The notes beneath the pieces were generated by a model. The model was not told the DNA's origin. It worked only from the letters and a program-made list of their open reading frames with translations, and did no database searches. A DNA stretch of 59,018 bases from a virus (taxonomy: Duplodnaviria > Caudoviricetes), in IMG/VR virus record IMGVR_UViG_3300027858_000006, positions 1 to 59,018 of that record; one strand, given 5' to 3'. Positions 40,383 through 50,084 of this stretch are shown here, piece after piece. Within the stretch, counting starts at the first letter, position 1, and every line of letters begins with the position of its first letter. The translations under genes were made by a program, and so were the position numbers.

Positions 40383-40640
40383 TCAATATCCCTCAGGATA
40401 TTCTGGTTCATATGTTTGCTTGAATTTCGCATCTTTCACAGGGTAAAACTCACATTGTACGCCCTTAACAATCCAATCACTTGGTATTGCTGTCATATCT
40501 CCTTCTAAGGTTGGAATCTTGATTGTGGGAATATCTAAATCCACTTTGGCTTTTCCCATGGTGAATTCAAAAATCTCTTTTTTGTTTGATCCGGTGTACT
40601 GCACCGCATCTATCACCACTGGTTTTTTCCTAAATTTCAT
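40383..40640 (-). CDS. conserved phage protein (KFRKKPVVIEA family)
   Basis: MKFRKKPVVIDAVQY...TLEGDM...DWIVKGV..EFYPVK...F..TYE. Confidence 0.8.
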   Translation of the reverse strand: MKFRKKPVVIDAVQYTGSNKKEIFEFTMGKAKVDLDIPTIKIPTLEGDMTAIPSDWIVKGVQCEFYPVKDAKFKQTYEPEYPEGY

Positions 40641-40798
40641 TCTATCCACCTCGCATTTCATCGTCTACTATATTTGAGATGTGTAAATATGGGCATTTCT
40701 CAAACGACCCATCATCTTTTCTATATACACATCTGTATCCGATACACTTTACCAAGGAAGTGCACACAAAATTATCACATGGCATTATTCATATTTCC

Positions 40799-41610
40799 TT
40801 ATACTACACATAAATCTCCTTCTTCCATACAGCCCAATTGGTCAGCAATGCATTCTGCAATTGCTTCTTTGTCATTGTTATACTGCTCTGCAAAATACAC
40901 ATAAAGTTCCATATCTTCTTCTTTTTGATTTGCAATTAGACAATCCGTTGCACCACAAATCCAATATCGTTCCAAATTACACATGGCATCATTAAATGGG
41001 TTATCTGAATTACATACATTGAAACATATACACTCCATCGTTTTGCCACATATGTGACATTTGGTACGGATTCTGTATTCAGTGTATGGGGTTGAATCTT
41101 CACCGTCAGAGTTATAGGTAATGATTTTTAGCAGCGTACCGTGTTCTGTGTGTATTTTGGTTTTCGTTGACGTTTCAAATCTGCCTGTTTCACATGACAT
41201 TATCATTCCCTCCTGGATTCACCTGATACATATAGATTGCCTAGTCTAATATTTCCTGTCATTACCCGGCATTCCCGGCAGACTGGTAGACCGTTGTGGA
41301 TGCATCTTTGATCTCTATCATAGCATACATTCTGTTTTATCGTTACTGACATGATTCACTCCTCTGCGGGCATGAGCCATAATTCATGCATGGTTTCTGT
41401 ATCATAGCTACCTGGTTTCAATTCAAATGTTACCCGGTGTCCATTCACCCAAACAACACGTCCGCCTTGTGTTGTTATACCAATTGTTGGTTTTTTTGGT
41501 GATTGTTTTACCATATCACCAACTTTGAACCCGAATATTGGTGTAACATTTCCGTTGATTTTATCCTTATATTCCTTTGTAATCTCATATACTGTTTTAC
41601 TCATGTTCAT
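40799..41610 (-). CDS. small hypothetical early proteins (40799-41206, 41356-41610)
   Basis: Leftward ORFs with SD motifs. Confidence 0.5.
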
Positions 41611-41675
41611 TCCTCTGCTGTGTTTATATTCCTATTTTGGTTTATGTCATATAATAATACTTTGTATAGTTTTTT

Positions 41676-42068
41676 TTATTGTTCTTCAAACACGTTTCCA
41701 ATTATTTCATAACAATTCATGTTTGATCTGTAGAGATTGTATATTTTAATGTTGAGATCTTCTACAGAAATTCCACACCAATTTCCATCAAAACACACTT
41801 TAAAGTTGAAGCCTGTGTGTAAAGATTTTAAAATATCACTTTCATATATTTCGACGTTGTTTTTGTCTTTTATTCCTGTGAACTGCATTGGGATGAACCT
41901 TTCCGGATATATGCCAATATTCGCTTCTGAATGTGGGTCATATTCATTGAATTCATCAAATCCTATGACTGTCCCATTGAGCATCATTCCCATCTTATAT
42001 CCGCTCGTTAATTCATCATAAATCATTTTTTTGAATGATGTATCCCACAATCTAAATTTTAGATTCAT
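41676..42068 (-). CDS. YopX-family protein
   Basis: KFRLWD...MQFTGIKDKNNVEIYESDIL...EIIGNVFE. Confidence 0.9.
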   Translation of the reverse strand: MNLKFRLWDTSFKKMIYDELTSGYKMGMMLNGTVIGFDEFNEYDPHSEANIGIYPERFIPMQFTGIKDKNNVEIYESDILKSLHTGFNFKVCFDGNWCGISVEDLNIKIYNLYRSNMNCYEIIGNVFEEQ

Positions 42069-42071
42069 ATT

Positions 42072-42287
42072 TTATTCCTCTGTTTCGTTTATATTCTTGT
42101 CTTGGTTTTCCTCGATTTTATCTAACGCACCCATCAGCCTAATAAAAGTAGACATGTGCGGGTCCACCCTCCCAGATTCAAATCTTGATACATACGATTG
42201 AAACACATACGCTGCTTTAGCCAATTCTGCCTGGGTGACACCAAGCGATTCCCTGCGCTCTTTTATGTCTGCTGTGTTCATATTCAC
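42072..42287 (-). CDS. XRE-family HTH protein, copy 2
   Basis: IKERRESLGVTQAELAKAAYVFQSYVSRFESGRVDPHMST. Confidence 0.9.
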   Translation of the reverse strand: MNMNTADIKERRESLGVTQAELAKAAYVFQSYVSRFESGRVDPHMSTFIRLMGALDKIEENQDKNINETEE

Positions 42288-42302
42288 TCATCTGCTGTGT
42301 TT

Positions 42303-42518
42303 CTATTTGTAACAATTTAATAATACTAGTTTCAATATTCGGTTCTCTTCTATCTGATCCAGCGCATCCATCAACCTATTCATAGTTGACAAGTGTGGAT
42401 CAATCTTTCCAGATTCAACCCTGGACACGAACGATGGGAACACTCCAGCAACTCTGGCCAATTCTGCCTGGGTAACACCAAGTTCTTCTCTCCGGTTTTT
42501 TATTTCATTTATATTCAT
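42303..42518 (-). CDS. XRE-family HTH protein, copy 1
   Basis: IKNRREELGVTQAELARVAGVFPSFVSRVESGKIDPHLST. Confidence 0.9.
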   Translation of the reverse strand: MNINEIKNRREELGVTQAELARVAGVFPSFVSRVESGKIDPHLSTMNRLMDALDQIEENRILKLVLLNCYK

Positions 42519-42520
42519 CG

Positions 42521-42871
42521 TTATTCCTCTGTTTTACCCGGCCAAATTTGGTCATATATAGCCTGCACAACCTCTGTTGGTTGTGTTCTCATGTCCAAAT
42601 TATTGATCATATTCTGCATGATTCTTAAGTGCGCCTTTTCTTCAAGCTCAATCTCAAGTTCTGGTGTCCACTGCACCAGCTTTAATTTATGATATGAATC
42701 AATAATTCTACGATATCCATCTAAGTATAAAGAATCATCATCAAGCCTGACATATCCTTTTGGTGTGATTTTCTTTACTGTATGTAAAACATATATGCTA
42801 TTGTTAAAACCATCCTTTTTTGTGTATACTTTATCACCCTGTTTCAATGCTTTAATCCATTCATCATTCAT
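42521..42871 (-). CDS. SH3-like beta-barrel hypothetical protein
   Basis: LKQGDKV...TVKKITPKGYVRL; SD AGGTGA. Confidence 0.55.
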   Translation of the reverse strand: MNDEWIKALKQGDKVYTKKDGFNNSIYVLHTVKKITPKGYVRLDDDSLYLDGYRRIIDSYHKLKLVQWTPELEIELEEKAHLRIMQNMINNLDMRTQPTEVVQAIYDQIWPGKTEE

Positions 42872-43161
42872 TTAATATCACCTTATAGTTATACAATAAC
42901 GTTTAAGTTATATAACTCTTCCGATATCATCTTTGTCTATACCCCGGTCGCACACATTCAATCATCTTGTATCCACTCGACGGTATGCAGCCTTTATACA
43001 ATTTACATGATTGCCTCATACACAAATCACAGCCAACCACCCAGTGGATAAAAGGACAGTGGCATTTCCCATGGTTGTCGAGTTTGGTTAGAGTGGTTGG
43101 TGGTCCGGCTGGGGTTGTCATCGTTTACCATATAAGTGTGCAGTGGTTATCTTTAGACACT

Positions 43162-43374
43162 TCAATCATAAAAACCACGTTTCACTTTCCAGATTGTACT
43201 TAGTGCTGCGCCTGTTGTCTCATGTATCTCTTTTGGTTTCATACCAGCCACACACAACCGTTTTATTTCATTAACTTTGCGTGTCTCCAGTCGTGGGCCG
43301 CCCGCACGTGAGTTCATTTTTAATCTTACTACCCAGTCGTTAAATCCCTCTGCGTTCACTTCTATATTTACCAT
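43162..43374 (-). CDS. small HTH protein
   Basis: GMKPKEIHETTGAALSTIWKVK. Confidence 0.65.
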   Translation of the reverse strand: MVNIEVNAEGFNDWVVRLKMNSRAGGPRLETRKVNEIKRLCVAGMKPKEIHETTGAALSTIWKVKRGFYD

Positions 43375-43389
43375 TTGATATCACCATAT

Positions 43390-43805
43390 TCAATCTAACA
43401 AATCATCAAATTCAATCCATCCTCTTTGAATCATTAGTAATGCTACATATCCGAAAACATCAGACACGTCGTTCTTTTTTAACTCGCTTGATTGTTCGAT
43501 TCGTCCTAGCTTGTCATCTATCCTGTTACATATCTGGCTGTCGGCTGGCATGTTCGAGAATATCTGTTTTGGATATAGTGCGGAGTCGCCGTATCTTTTG
43601 TTTTTTTCTATTAAAAACTTTGAGAAATTACTAAACAGTGTGATTATATGTTGTTCAGTTGATGTCATTTTACCTTCTTTGATATCACCTTCTGGTTTCC
43701 ATTCTTCACAGTCTTGGCAATCATCACATGGAGTATATCCAGGATAATCGCCGCGGTATTTACATGTGTTACAATTCATTCTTTCTTGTTCCATTGTTTC
43801 CTCCA
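43390..43805 (-). CDS. DUF1599/nucleotide-modification-associated helical domain protein with N-terminal Cys motif
   Basis: EKNKRYGDS...RIDDKLGRI...DVFGY pattern; start uncertain. Confidence 0.6.
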
Positions 43806-43946
43806 TAGATGCGTTAGAATCGCCGTTTGTATGGTCATAGGTATGTTGACTTGCCATTATGTGTGTTTTGCCAGTGGTGGGCGTCTGAGGGGCTATGGTG
43901 CCCATGTGGTGGTATGAATTGAATTGCATCCCCGTCCACATTCCCA

Positions 43947-44468
43947 TTATACATACTTCAACAGCCCCCCGGGTTGCTCGAATATCGTACCATCCTGCTT
44001 CATCCTCAAGAGCATCTGTATAAGCTGCTCATGTGAGATGTCAATCCCTTTTGCGTAGATTGTCAAGTCCTGCTCGGTGATCCCAGGCAAGCAGGCATTC
44101 CGGATTAGTTTCATGTTATCTCGCTGGTTGTTGGTGCCGGGAATCCAATAATTCCAATCTATAGAAGGAACTGGCAGTTCATTTTGGATTAAGTATTCTC
44201 TTGTTGCCTGCAACACATCTTTTATATCTATCATAAGTATATCTTCAACTGCGCAGACTGCTATCCAGAATGCCCGTTCAGTCCATTTAGGATTACAGTA
44301 CAATTTATTAATATATGGTTCGTGAAATTGTTTGTGAATTTCGTTATTAAGTTTATATTGTAATATCTGGTATTTGTTACTATCAACTGAACATGAACAA
44401 CCATTTTCGGGTTGCTTAGGCATTGATATCACATCAATTTTAGAAAATATTTGGTCAAATTTACTCAT
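43947..44468 (-). CDS. origin-adjacent protein with C-terminal MCM/RPA-like winged helix
   Basis: C-terminus ISHEQLIQMLLRMKQDGTIFEQPGGLLKYV resembles the archaeal MCM C-terminal wH. Confidence 0.5.
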   Translation of the reverse strand: MSKFDQIFSKIDVISMPKQPENGCSCSVDSNKYQILQYKLNNEIHKQFHEPYINKLYCNPKWTERAFWIAVCAVEDILMIDIKDVLQATREYLIQNELPVPSIDWNYWIPGTNNQRDNMKLIRNACLPGITEQDLTIYAKGIDISHEQLIQMLLRMKQDGTIFEQPGGLLKYV

Positions 44469-44809
44469 TGTAACCACTCTTGTAACCATTTGTATCCACC
44501 ATGTAACCACCTAATAATTTATCAAAAACAGGCACAGAAGGCACTTTGTATCCATGTAACCCATGTAACCACCGAAAATGAACATATACTATAGAATTAT
44601 AAGAAAATATTTTCTCATGCGTGTGTATTGTTTTATTGGTTACAGTGGTTACATGGATACATATTATTATATTATATATTATATATATATATACCGCTAT
44701 CGCTTCTGTCTCTATTCTAACTGTCAAAAAGTGTAACCACCTGTAACCACTTACAAAGTTAGACAGTACCGTAGCATCGTGTTTTTGTGTGTTTGTCATT
44801 GTGGTTACA
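44469..44809. repeat. putative replication origin: ~13 TGTAACCAC-like iterons in both orientations around an AT-only tract
   Basis: Direct copies at 44469, 44481, 44491, 44502, 44547, 44555, 44564, 44732, 44742; inverted at 44637, 44645, 44653, 44801; pure A/T run ~44661-44693; directly downstream of the primase-helicase. Confidence 0.85.
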
Positions 44810-47636
44810 CGCCTCCTGATAGTGAATATTTTATACGAATCACACGAATTGGGTTTTTACTCCCCTTTAATCTTGCTGTTGTTGTGTTTCTATTTTTAGA
44901 TGTTTCGATCCAACCAAATCTATTCCAATCTTTAAGAACTCGCTCTTTCTCAAATCCTTCAACTTCACAGAAATATTTATTAAATACGGTTGGCAATATA
45001 TCAATATGATTAATATGAATGTCTCCATAATAATCAAAGGTTTTTTGTGATATTTCCATCCCGTCAGCATAAAAATATTTTTCCTTTTCATGAACCCATG
45101 AAATAAAAGAATCCCACGCTTTTTGACCATACCCTTTATCTGACATCATCTCAAGCATATCTCTCATGATACTAACACAAACCTCTCCTGGGTCCACAGG
45201 AGAGTAATTAGAATCAATTTCATGTAATACTGATTCAAACAGGTATCCAGCAGTACAGATTACCGCAAATGTATCACTTAATCTACCTCCAACATTTTTC
45301 ATATCTGCGCCAAGATGAACCTCTTTTGACAGGTCGTTGAATTTAATTTTTAATTTGGTATATGTTTTAATCCATTCATCTAAATTTAAAATAATATCTT
45401 TGATAATATACGGACCTATTGATCCATCACACCCAATTATATTTCTTTCAAATGATTTTACTATTTTTTCACTTTTATCATCATTTGCATCAAGACCATT
45501 AAATAATTGAATTACTCTGACATCAGCACCAGCAAATGTCGTATCTGATGTAACTGAATCCTCTCCAGATGTAAGACCAACCACTTTCCATTTGCGTGTT
45601 GTCCTGGTCCCCCCAGTTGCTTTGGCTCTGCCTTTTCCTGTTTCATTTGCTAACATATAGATTATTTTAATAATATCTTCTTTTTTAGACATTTGTGTTT
45701 CATCAAATGCAACAGGCAAGTCCTTACAAAACTGACTAAATTCTTCAGCATAATTTACAGTTACATTTCCAGAATTAGATAGTTTTAGTATATCTCCCCA
45801 TATTGATAATGCAAAGTTTACTAAAGTAGATTTGCCAGTACTGGTTTCTCCCCATTGATGAACTACAAAAGATTTAGCACCAAGTTTTTTAAGCAGTGGA
45901 GCCACAACAGATACATAACACATAAATCTTGCACGAGGATATGTCAATAGTTGTTCTGATGTCTTTACCCATTTTTTTGCGTTTTTGCATTGTGATGTAT
46001 CTAGCGCAGACATAACATTTTCATCACCGTTTAACAGAGTCACAGGCTTATAGGTAATTTTACCAGTGATGTTTTGCTCTATTATGTGGTCCCCATATAC
46101 AAACTTTTGATCATACCAACCCAACTGAGGAAACGCATGTGTGGTCTTAATCACAGACATATTATTAACTAAGAAACTTTTTAAATACATACAAATGTTT
46201 TTTGTTGTGCTTTCTTCAAAAAGAGCACCTTTATTAACCAGTTCTAAAACCCCTCTTTTTTGGAATGCATCGACCTGTGGAATTTCACAAGATACTAATC
46301 CATTGATATCATCTTCAAAACATATCTTTAATAATGTCGTATCATCACTAATATTTTTAATTCTTTCTTTTATCCATATTTTCGATGAAGATATTGGAGT
46401 ACATGTTTCAGTACCTTCTTTATCAAATTTTTGTAGAAACATTCCGTTATCTGAATGTATATAGCCTTCTGGAATGTCATATACAAAATCTCCCTCTAGT
46501 GTTTCAGTTTGTACCATCAGATCCCGTAGATCATCAGCAGAATTGTCCTTTAAAAAATCGGCAAGGTCTATTTTTTCAGTACCGGTTGGTTTAGGTAATT
46601 CAACCATACAAACATCTATACCTCGTCCTACAAGGTAATCTACGGTTGCAAGTGCGCCTTTAGAACCTGCACCGCTTTCATCATTATCATTACAAATATA
46701 AACTGTTTCAAGTCCTTTAACAAGCGAGTATATTTTATCATAATCCGATTTTTTGAACTGAACTGTAACAGGAGATACACACGGGAACCCTTCTTGAATT
46801 GCCATGATGCAATCAGTAACGCCCTCTGTTATAATACAGTTTTTTGCACCTCTCAGGCTGTTTTCGCCGTAAAAAACATCATTTTTCACACTCTGACTGA
46901 TGTATTCGCGTCCTCTGCCGTCTTCATTGTTTTGTTTATAAAGTATGTGCTTTTTATATTTGCCCAATTCATATGGCTTGTCTGGGGTTATCCCATCTAT
47001 TTTTCTGGCTATTGTATATTCCACTTTACCGTTTTTCCAATATGGAAATATATAACGCCCTTGATAAAAATCAAACCACCCATTGGTTGTTTTTATAACT
47101 AGCCCCGACTTTTCTATAATATCTCGGTGGAATATGCCATCCATAGCAGATTGCAATGACTTTCCATCAACTGGAGCAAATCCTATTTTTAATTGGTCAA
47201 TAGTTTCGTTTGATATACCCCATGTTTTTGTGATTTCATAGCGCATATCTTCGGTTAATTGAGTATGATAATATCCTGCTGCTGCCGCTAAAAACGAATA
47301 AATCTCATATGCTTCAGTATCGTATGTTTCATTTTCAAGAGTTACCCCGGCCATTTCAGCAGCAATCTTTAAGATTTGTTTAAAATCTTTTTTGACATCA
47401 AGGTTTTTATTATATGCAATCCAGTCATAAACATCCCCACCAATTCCTGATGCCCAGTCGTTCCATAATTGGATATTTTTATTTATGTTTAGTGATTTGC
47501 CTGACTTGCTTCCTGAGTTTATAGCCCCTGTATATTCCCCATTACCATGAGCAGTCAGATCAATAGTTTCCCCTATTAAGTCAACTATATCTAGCCTGTC
47601 TTTGATTTTGTCAATATTTGAGCGGTCTGCTGTCAT
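44805..47636 (-). CDS. DnaG-type (TOPRIM) primase fused to DUF927 + P-loop helicase
   Basis: GRYIFP, ITEGVTD, YICNDNDESG, DLADF; Walker A GETSTGKST, FDE, GKGRAK, LTSGE; likely start ATG 47636 after GGGGGG SD. Confidence 0.88.
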   Translation of the reverse strand: MTADRSNIDKIKDRLDIVDLIGETIDLTAHGNGEYTGAINSGSKSGKSLNINKNIQLWNDWASGIGGDVYDWIAYNKNLDVKKDFKQILKIAAEMAGVTLENETYDTEAYEIYSFLAAAAGYYHTQLTEDMRYEITKTWGISNETIDQLKIGFAPVDGKSLQSAMDGIFHRDIIEKSGLVIKTTNGWFDFYQGRYIFPYWKNGKVEYTIARKIDGITPDKPYELGKYKKHILYKQNNEDGRGREYISQSVKNDVFYGENSLRGAKNCIITEGVTDCIMAIQEGFPCVSPVTVQFKKSDYDKIYSLVKGLETVYICNDNDESGAGSKGALATVDYLVGRGIDVCMVELPKPTGTEKIDLADFLKDNSADDLRDLMVQTETLEGDFVYDIPEGYIHSDNGMFLQKFDKEGTETCTPISSSKIWIKERIKNISDDTTLLKICFEDDINGLVSCEIPQVDAFQKRGVLELVNKGALFEESTTKNICMYLKSFLVNNMSVIKTTHAFPQLGWYDQKFVYGDHIIEQNITGKITYKPVTLLNGDENVMSALDTSQCKNAKKWVKTSEQLLTYPRARFMCYVSVVAPLLKKLGAKSFVVHQWGETSTGKSTLVNFALSIWGDILKLSNSGNVTVNYAEEFSQFCKDLPVAFDETQMSKKEDIIKIIYMLANETGKGRAKATGGTRTTRKWKVVGLTSGEDSVTSDTTFAGADVRVIQLFNGLDANDDKSEKIVKSFERNIIGCDGSIGPYIIKDIILNLDEWIKTYTKLKIKFNDLSKEVHLGADMKNVGGRLSDTFAVICTAGYLFESVLHEIDSNYSPVDPGEVCVSIMRDMLEMMSDKGYGQKAWDSFISWVHEKEKYFYADGMEISQKTFDYYGDIHINHIDILPTVFNKYFCEVEGFEKERVLKDWNRFGWIETSKNRNTTTARLKGSKNPIRVIRIKYSLSGGV

Positions 47637-47766
47637 TACGAACCCCCCTGATATATAGACTGTGCTCGCACTCCACACAACACGGCATTTCTGGTAGACT
47701 GTCCGGATCAGGCACAGGGTAATTATTAGATAGCCTAACCTCACACGAAATGCACAAGTCGGCCAT
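47611..47766 (-). CDS. 51-aa CxxC...CxxC Zn-finger microprotein
   Basis: Manual translation MADLCISCEVRLSNNYPVPDPDSLPEMPCCVECEHSLYIRGVRNDSRPLKY; SD GGTGA. Confidence 0.55.
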   Translation of the reverse strand: MADLCISCEVRLSNNYPVPDPDSLPEMPCCVECEHSLYIRGVRNDSRPLKY

Positions 47767-47770
47767 GTTA

Positions 47771-47956
47771 TCACCACTTAGGAAATGTAACAGATATGTG
47801 ATTTGTATCAGTGTCTTCTATTTTACAATCTGGGTCGTTTTCGTCTATTTCCGCGCGTCTGATTTTTTCTTTGAGTTTATAATATTCCACTAAAGCTGGC
47901 GGAATCCTAACATATACGCTACCATTAAAACTTCGAAACGTGGTGGTGAGTTTCAT
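47771..47956 (-). CDS. AbrB/MazE-type DNA-binding protein
   Basis: RSFNGSVYVRIPPALVEYYKL; tandem ACTCATAA repeats just upstream (47965-47987). Confidence 0.75.
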   Translation of the reverse strand: MKLTTTFRSFNGSVYVRIPPALVEYYKLKEKIRRAEIDENDPDCKIEDTDTNHISVTFPKW

Positions 47957-48177
47957 AATATACTCATAAATAACTCATAAGTATATAAGAGTTTACATTA
48001 TTAAAAATTACTACTTTATTACGGCCATTGAATTACTATTGTGGTTACATAAACACCAACATCCACCATATTGCCGACGGCAGCAACATGGTATTATCAT
48101 AAATACCGTATCACATAAAAATCTGTAACTGATAACATCAAAAAATAAAGAGTAATTGGAAAAGTCACCCGAACGTA

Positions 48178-48852
48178 TCATGTTTTGTCATTCAGTAGAT
48201 ATGTAATTCTACAATTCCACAAATCCATGTGTACCATTCCGTGGCAGTGAATGCACACCGGGATTAATTTCCAGCGTATTCCTTCACATCCTTGGTTTTT
48301 GTCCATGTCAATATGATGGACGGACAGTTTTTTATACTGTCCATTTGAAGTTATATTTAGATGTTCTGGCAATCCACATATAAAGCACATTCGATCATAT
48401 TTCTCACGGTTAGATTCTTTACATGAATAATTGAATTGTGGACAATATGGTGAATCTGTTATATAACCTTCCCACTCATCATAAGATATGCCTTGTTTTG
48501 CTGCACTCATCCTTTTCTTTGATTTTTCAGTAAGTTTTTTGCCTTTTTTTGCATCACTTAGTTTCTTTCGTGTTTCTGTAGAAGTATGTTTTTTTATATC
48601 CCTCATTGTCTGCCTAAATTCGTCGGAACGTTTTTTACCTTTATTTGCTTCACTTATTTTATGTTTATGTTCTTTAGTAAGAATCCTACCTTTTTTTGCA
48701 CATGATCCACATAATTTTTTATGATATCTATATTGTGTCCAACGGCCGTTGCCACAACTATTACAATTGGTCCACACCATTTTACCCGATTGTGGTTTTA
48801 AATTATTTGGGTTATAGCCTTTATATTTGATAGTAGCTTCAATATTAATCAT
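48178..48852 (-). CDS. NUMOD3 + HNH homing endonuclease (paralog of 34390-35226)
   Basis: Shared N-terminus EATIKYKGYxPxxLKPxSxKxV; HKHKISEANKG; LSVHHIDMDKNQGC...VCIHCH. Confidence 0.85.
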   Translation of the reverse strand: MINIEATIKYKGYNPNNLKPQSGKMVWTNCNSCGNGRWTQYRYHKKLCGSCAKKGRILTKEHKHKISEANKGKKRSDEFRQTMRDIKKHTSTETRKKLSDAKKGKKLTEKSKKRMSAAKQGISYDEWEGYITDSPYCPQFNYSCKESNREKYDRMCFICGLPEHLNITSNGQYKKLSVHHIDMDKNQGCEGIRWKLIPVCIHCHGMVHMDLWNCRITYLLNDKT

Positions 48853-48973
48853 ATTATCAACTTCTTAGCAATGATATATATGCGTTGAAGATTAATATAG
48901 TTTTTGACGACTGGTATAATATCATCTTCTTAGCAAAGACTACTATTTTTCCAGTCGTCATTCTTAATTGAAT

Positions 48974-49327
48974 TTACTCAAAACTGTTGTTCTTTACGCG
49001 ATCAGCCAGCTCTTGCTTTTTTCCTGCGTTCCATCCGGCGATGTCCTGAATATATCCGGTAACTCTGGACAACTGAGTTACACCATGATTTGAACAATCA
49101 GGACACATGGGCTGGCCGCAAATAGGACAATTGAGAATTCCACCTACTAAATCCCGGCCGCATGCATGATGATTATATTCCACCCATTTACTTAAAGGAC
49201 ATTTTACAGGATCGTCTATGTTTATTTGCTCACCATCATTGAACTCATCCATCCATGCCAGGCATCTGTCGATAAACTCCTGTTTTGGTAATGCCATTGA
49301 TTCTTCGTGTGTGATTGGTTTATACAT
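48974..49327 (-). CDS. stand-alone class III ribonucleotide reductase (NrdD) C-terminal Zn/glycyl-radical domain
   Basis: CPICG..MCPDC...QLSRVTGYI....WNAGKKQELADR. Confidence 0.8.
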   Translation of the reverse strand: MYKPITHEESMALPKQEFIDRCLAWMDEFNDGEQINIDDPVKCPLSKWVEYNHHACGRDLVGGILNCPICGQPMCPDCSNHGVTQLSRVTGYIQDIAGWNAGKKQELADRVKNNSFE

Positions 49328-49625
49328 TATTTTTCACCAATATAGCATTTGAATTAATATGATAATACTGTTCGTATTACTAAAAATATAAAAATCTGTA
49401 ACCAGCAATAACCAAAAACAAAAAGTAGACCAAACGATGTACGCACACACCGCTATGAACTTAGCAATTTTACTTGAACCCTTCACTCAATCCACCGGAC
49501 TTTCATTGGAGCAATTATTTTCACAAACCACCACCTGAGGCGGTTCATGTCTGTATACTGCTCGGGAAATTCCATTGTTTGTATTGATTTGTTTCGCTCT
49601 ATTTTTAACTGTATATAATTCTGTA

Positions 49626-49916
49626 TCATTTGCTCCACAGGTCCCCGTCCTTATCTACCAGAGTTTTACCATCCCTCTCTAGTCGCAGGGCGCCCATAAC
49701 AGCTTCTAGATACACATATTCATTATCATATGTGTAATGCCCGACGTACAAATAATCATTTTCCTGTAGCGTGTACAGGCTATTTTCATCCAATCGCAAG
49801 AAAGAATCTGGATTTTTTTCTGACACGTATTTTCCTTGCGGTCCGTTGTCTGTACAGCCCATTGTTAGCGTTAACAACAGGATTATCAATATTGGTGTAA
49901 TGATCTTTTTATTCAT
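49626..49916 (-). CDS. small lipoprotein
   Basis: MNKK + hydrophobic stretch + lipobox-like TMGC, then a small beta domain. Confidence 0.75.
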   Translation of the reverse strand: MNKKIITPILIILLLTLTMGCTDNGPQGKYVSEKNPDSFLRLDENSLYTLQENDYLYVGHYTYDNEYVYLEAVMGALRLERDGKTLVDKDGDLWSK

Positions 49917-49919
49917 GGT

Positions 49920-50084
49920 TCATAGCTCCTGTATAGTCAAAACCCGTGTTTCAGTGTTATATTCAACAAGTAAACTTTCCTTAACTGGTAACTTTACTTG
50001 TTTCGCAAACGATTCCTTTAATGTGATCTGTTTGTTGCCGGATTTTCCATCATGCATCCGGCATGTCTCCTTGATAATTGTCAT
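49920..50084 (-). CDS. AbrB-like small DNA-binding protein
   Basis: GNKQITLKESFAKQVKL...LLVEY...VLTIQEL. Confidence 0.55.
   Translation of the reverse strand: MTIIKETCRMHDGKSGNKQITLKESFAKQVKLPVKESLLVEYNTETRVLTIQEL

Noticed and set aside
44469-44809. CRISPR mini-array
   Set aside because: Repeats are 9 bp, irregularly spaced and in both orientations with no spacer-sized unique segments; they fit iterons
47637-47777. N-terminal extension of the primase-helicase given in the ORF track
   Set aside because: Better SD and domain start at ATG 47636; the stretch is better explained by a Zn-finger microprotein in another frame
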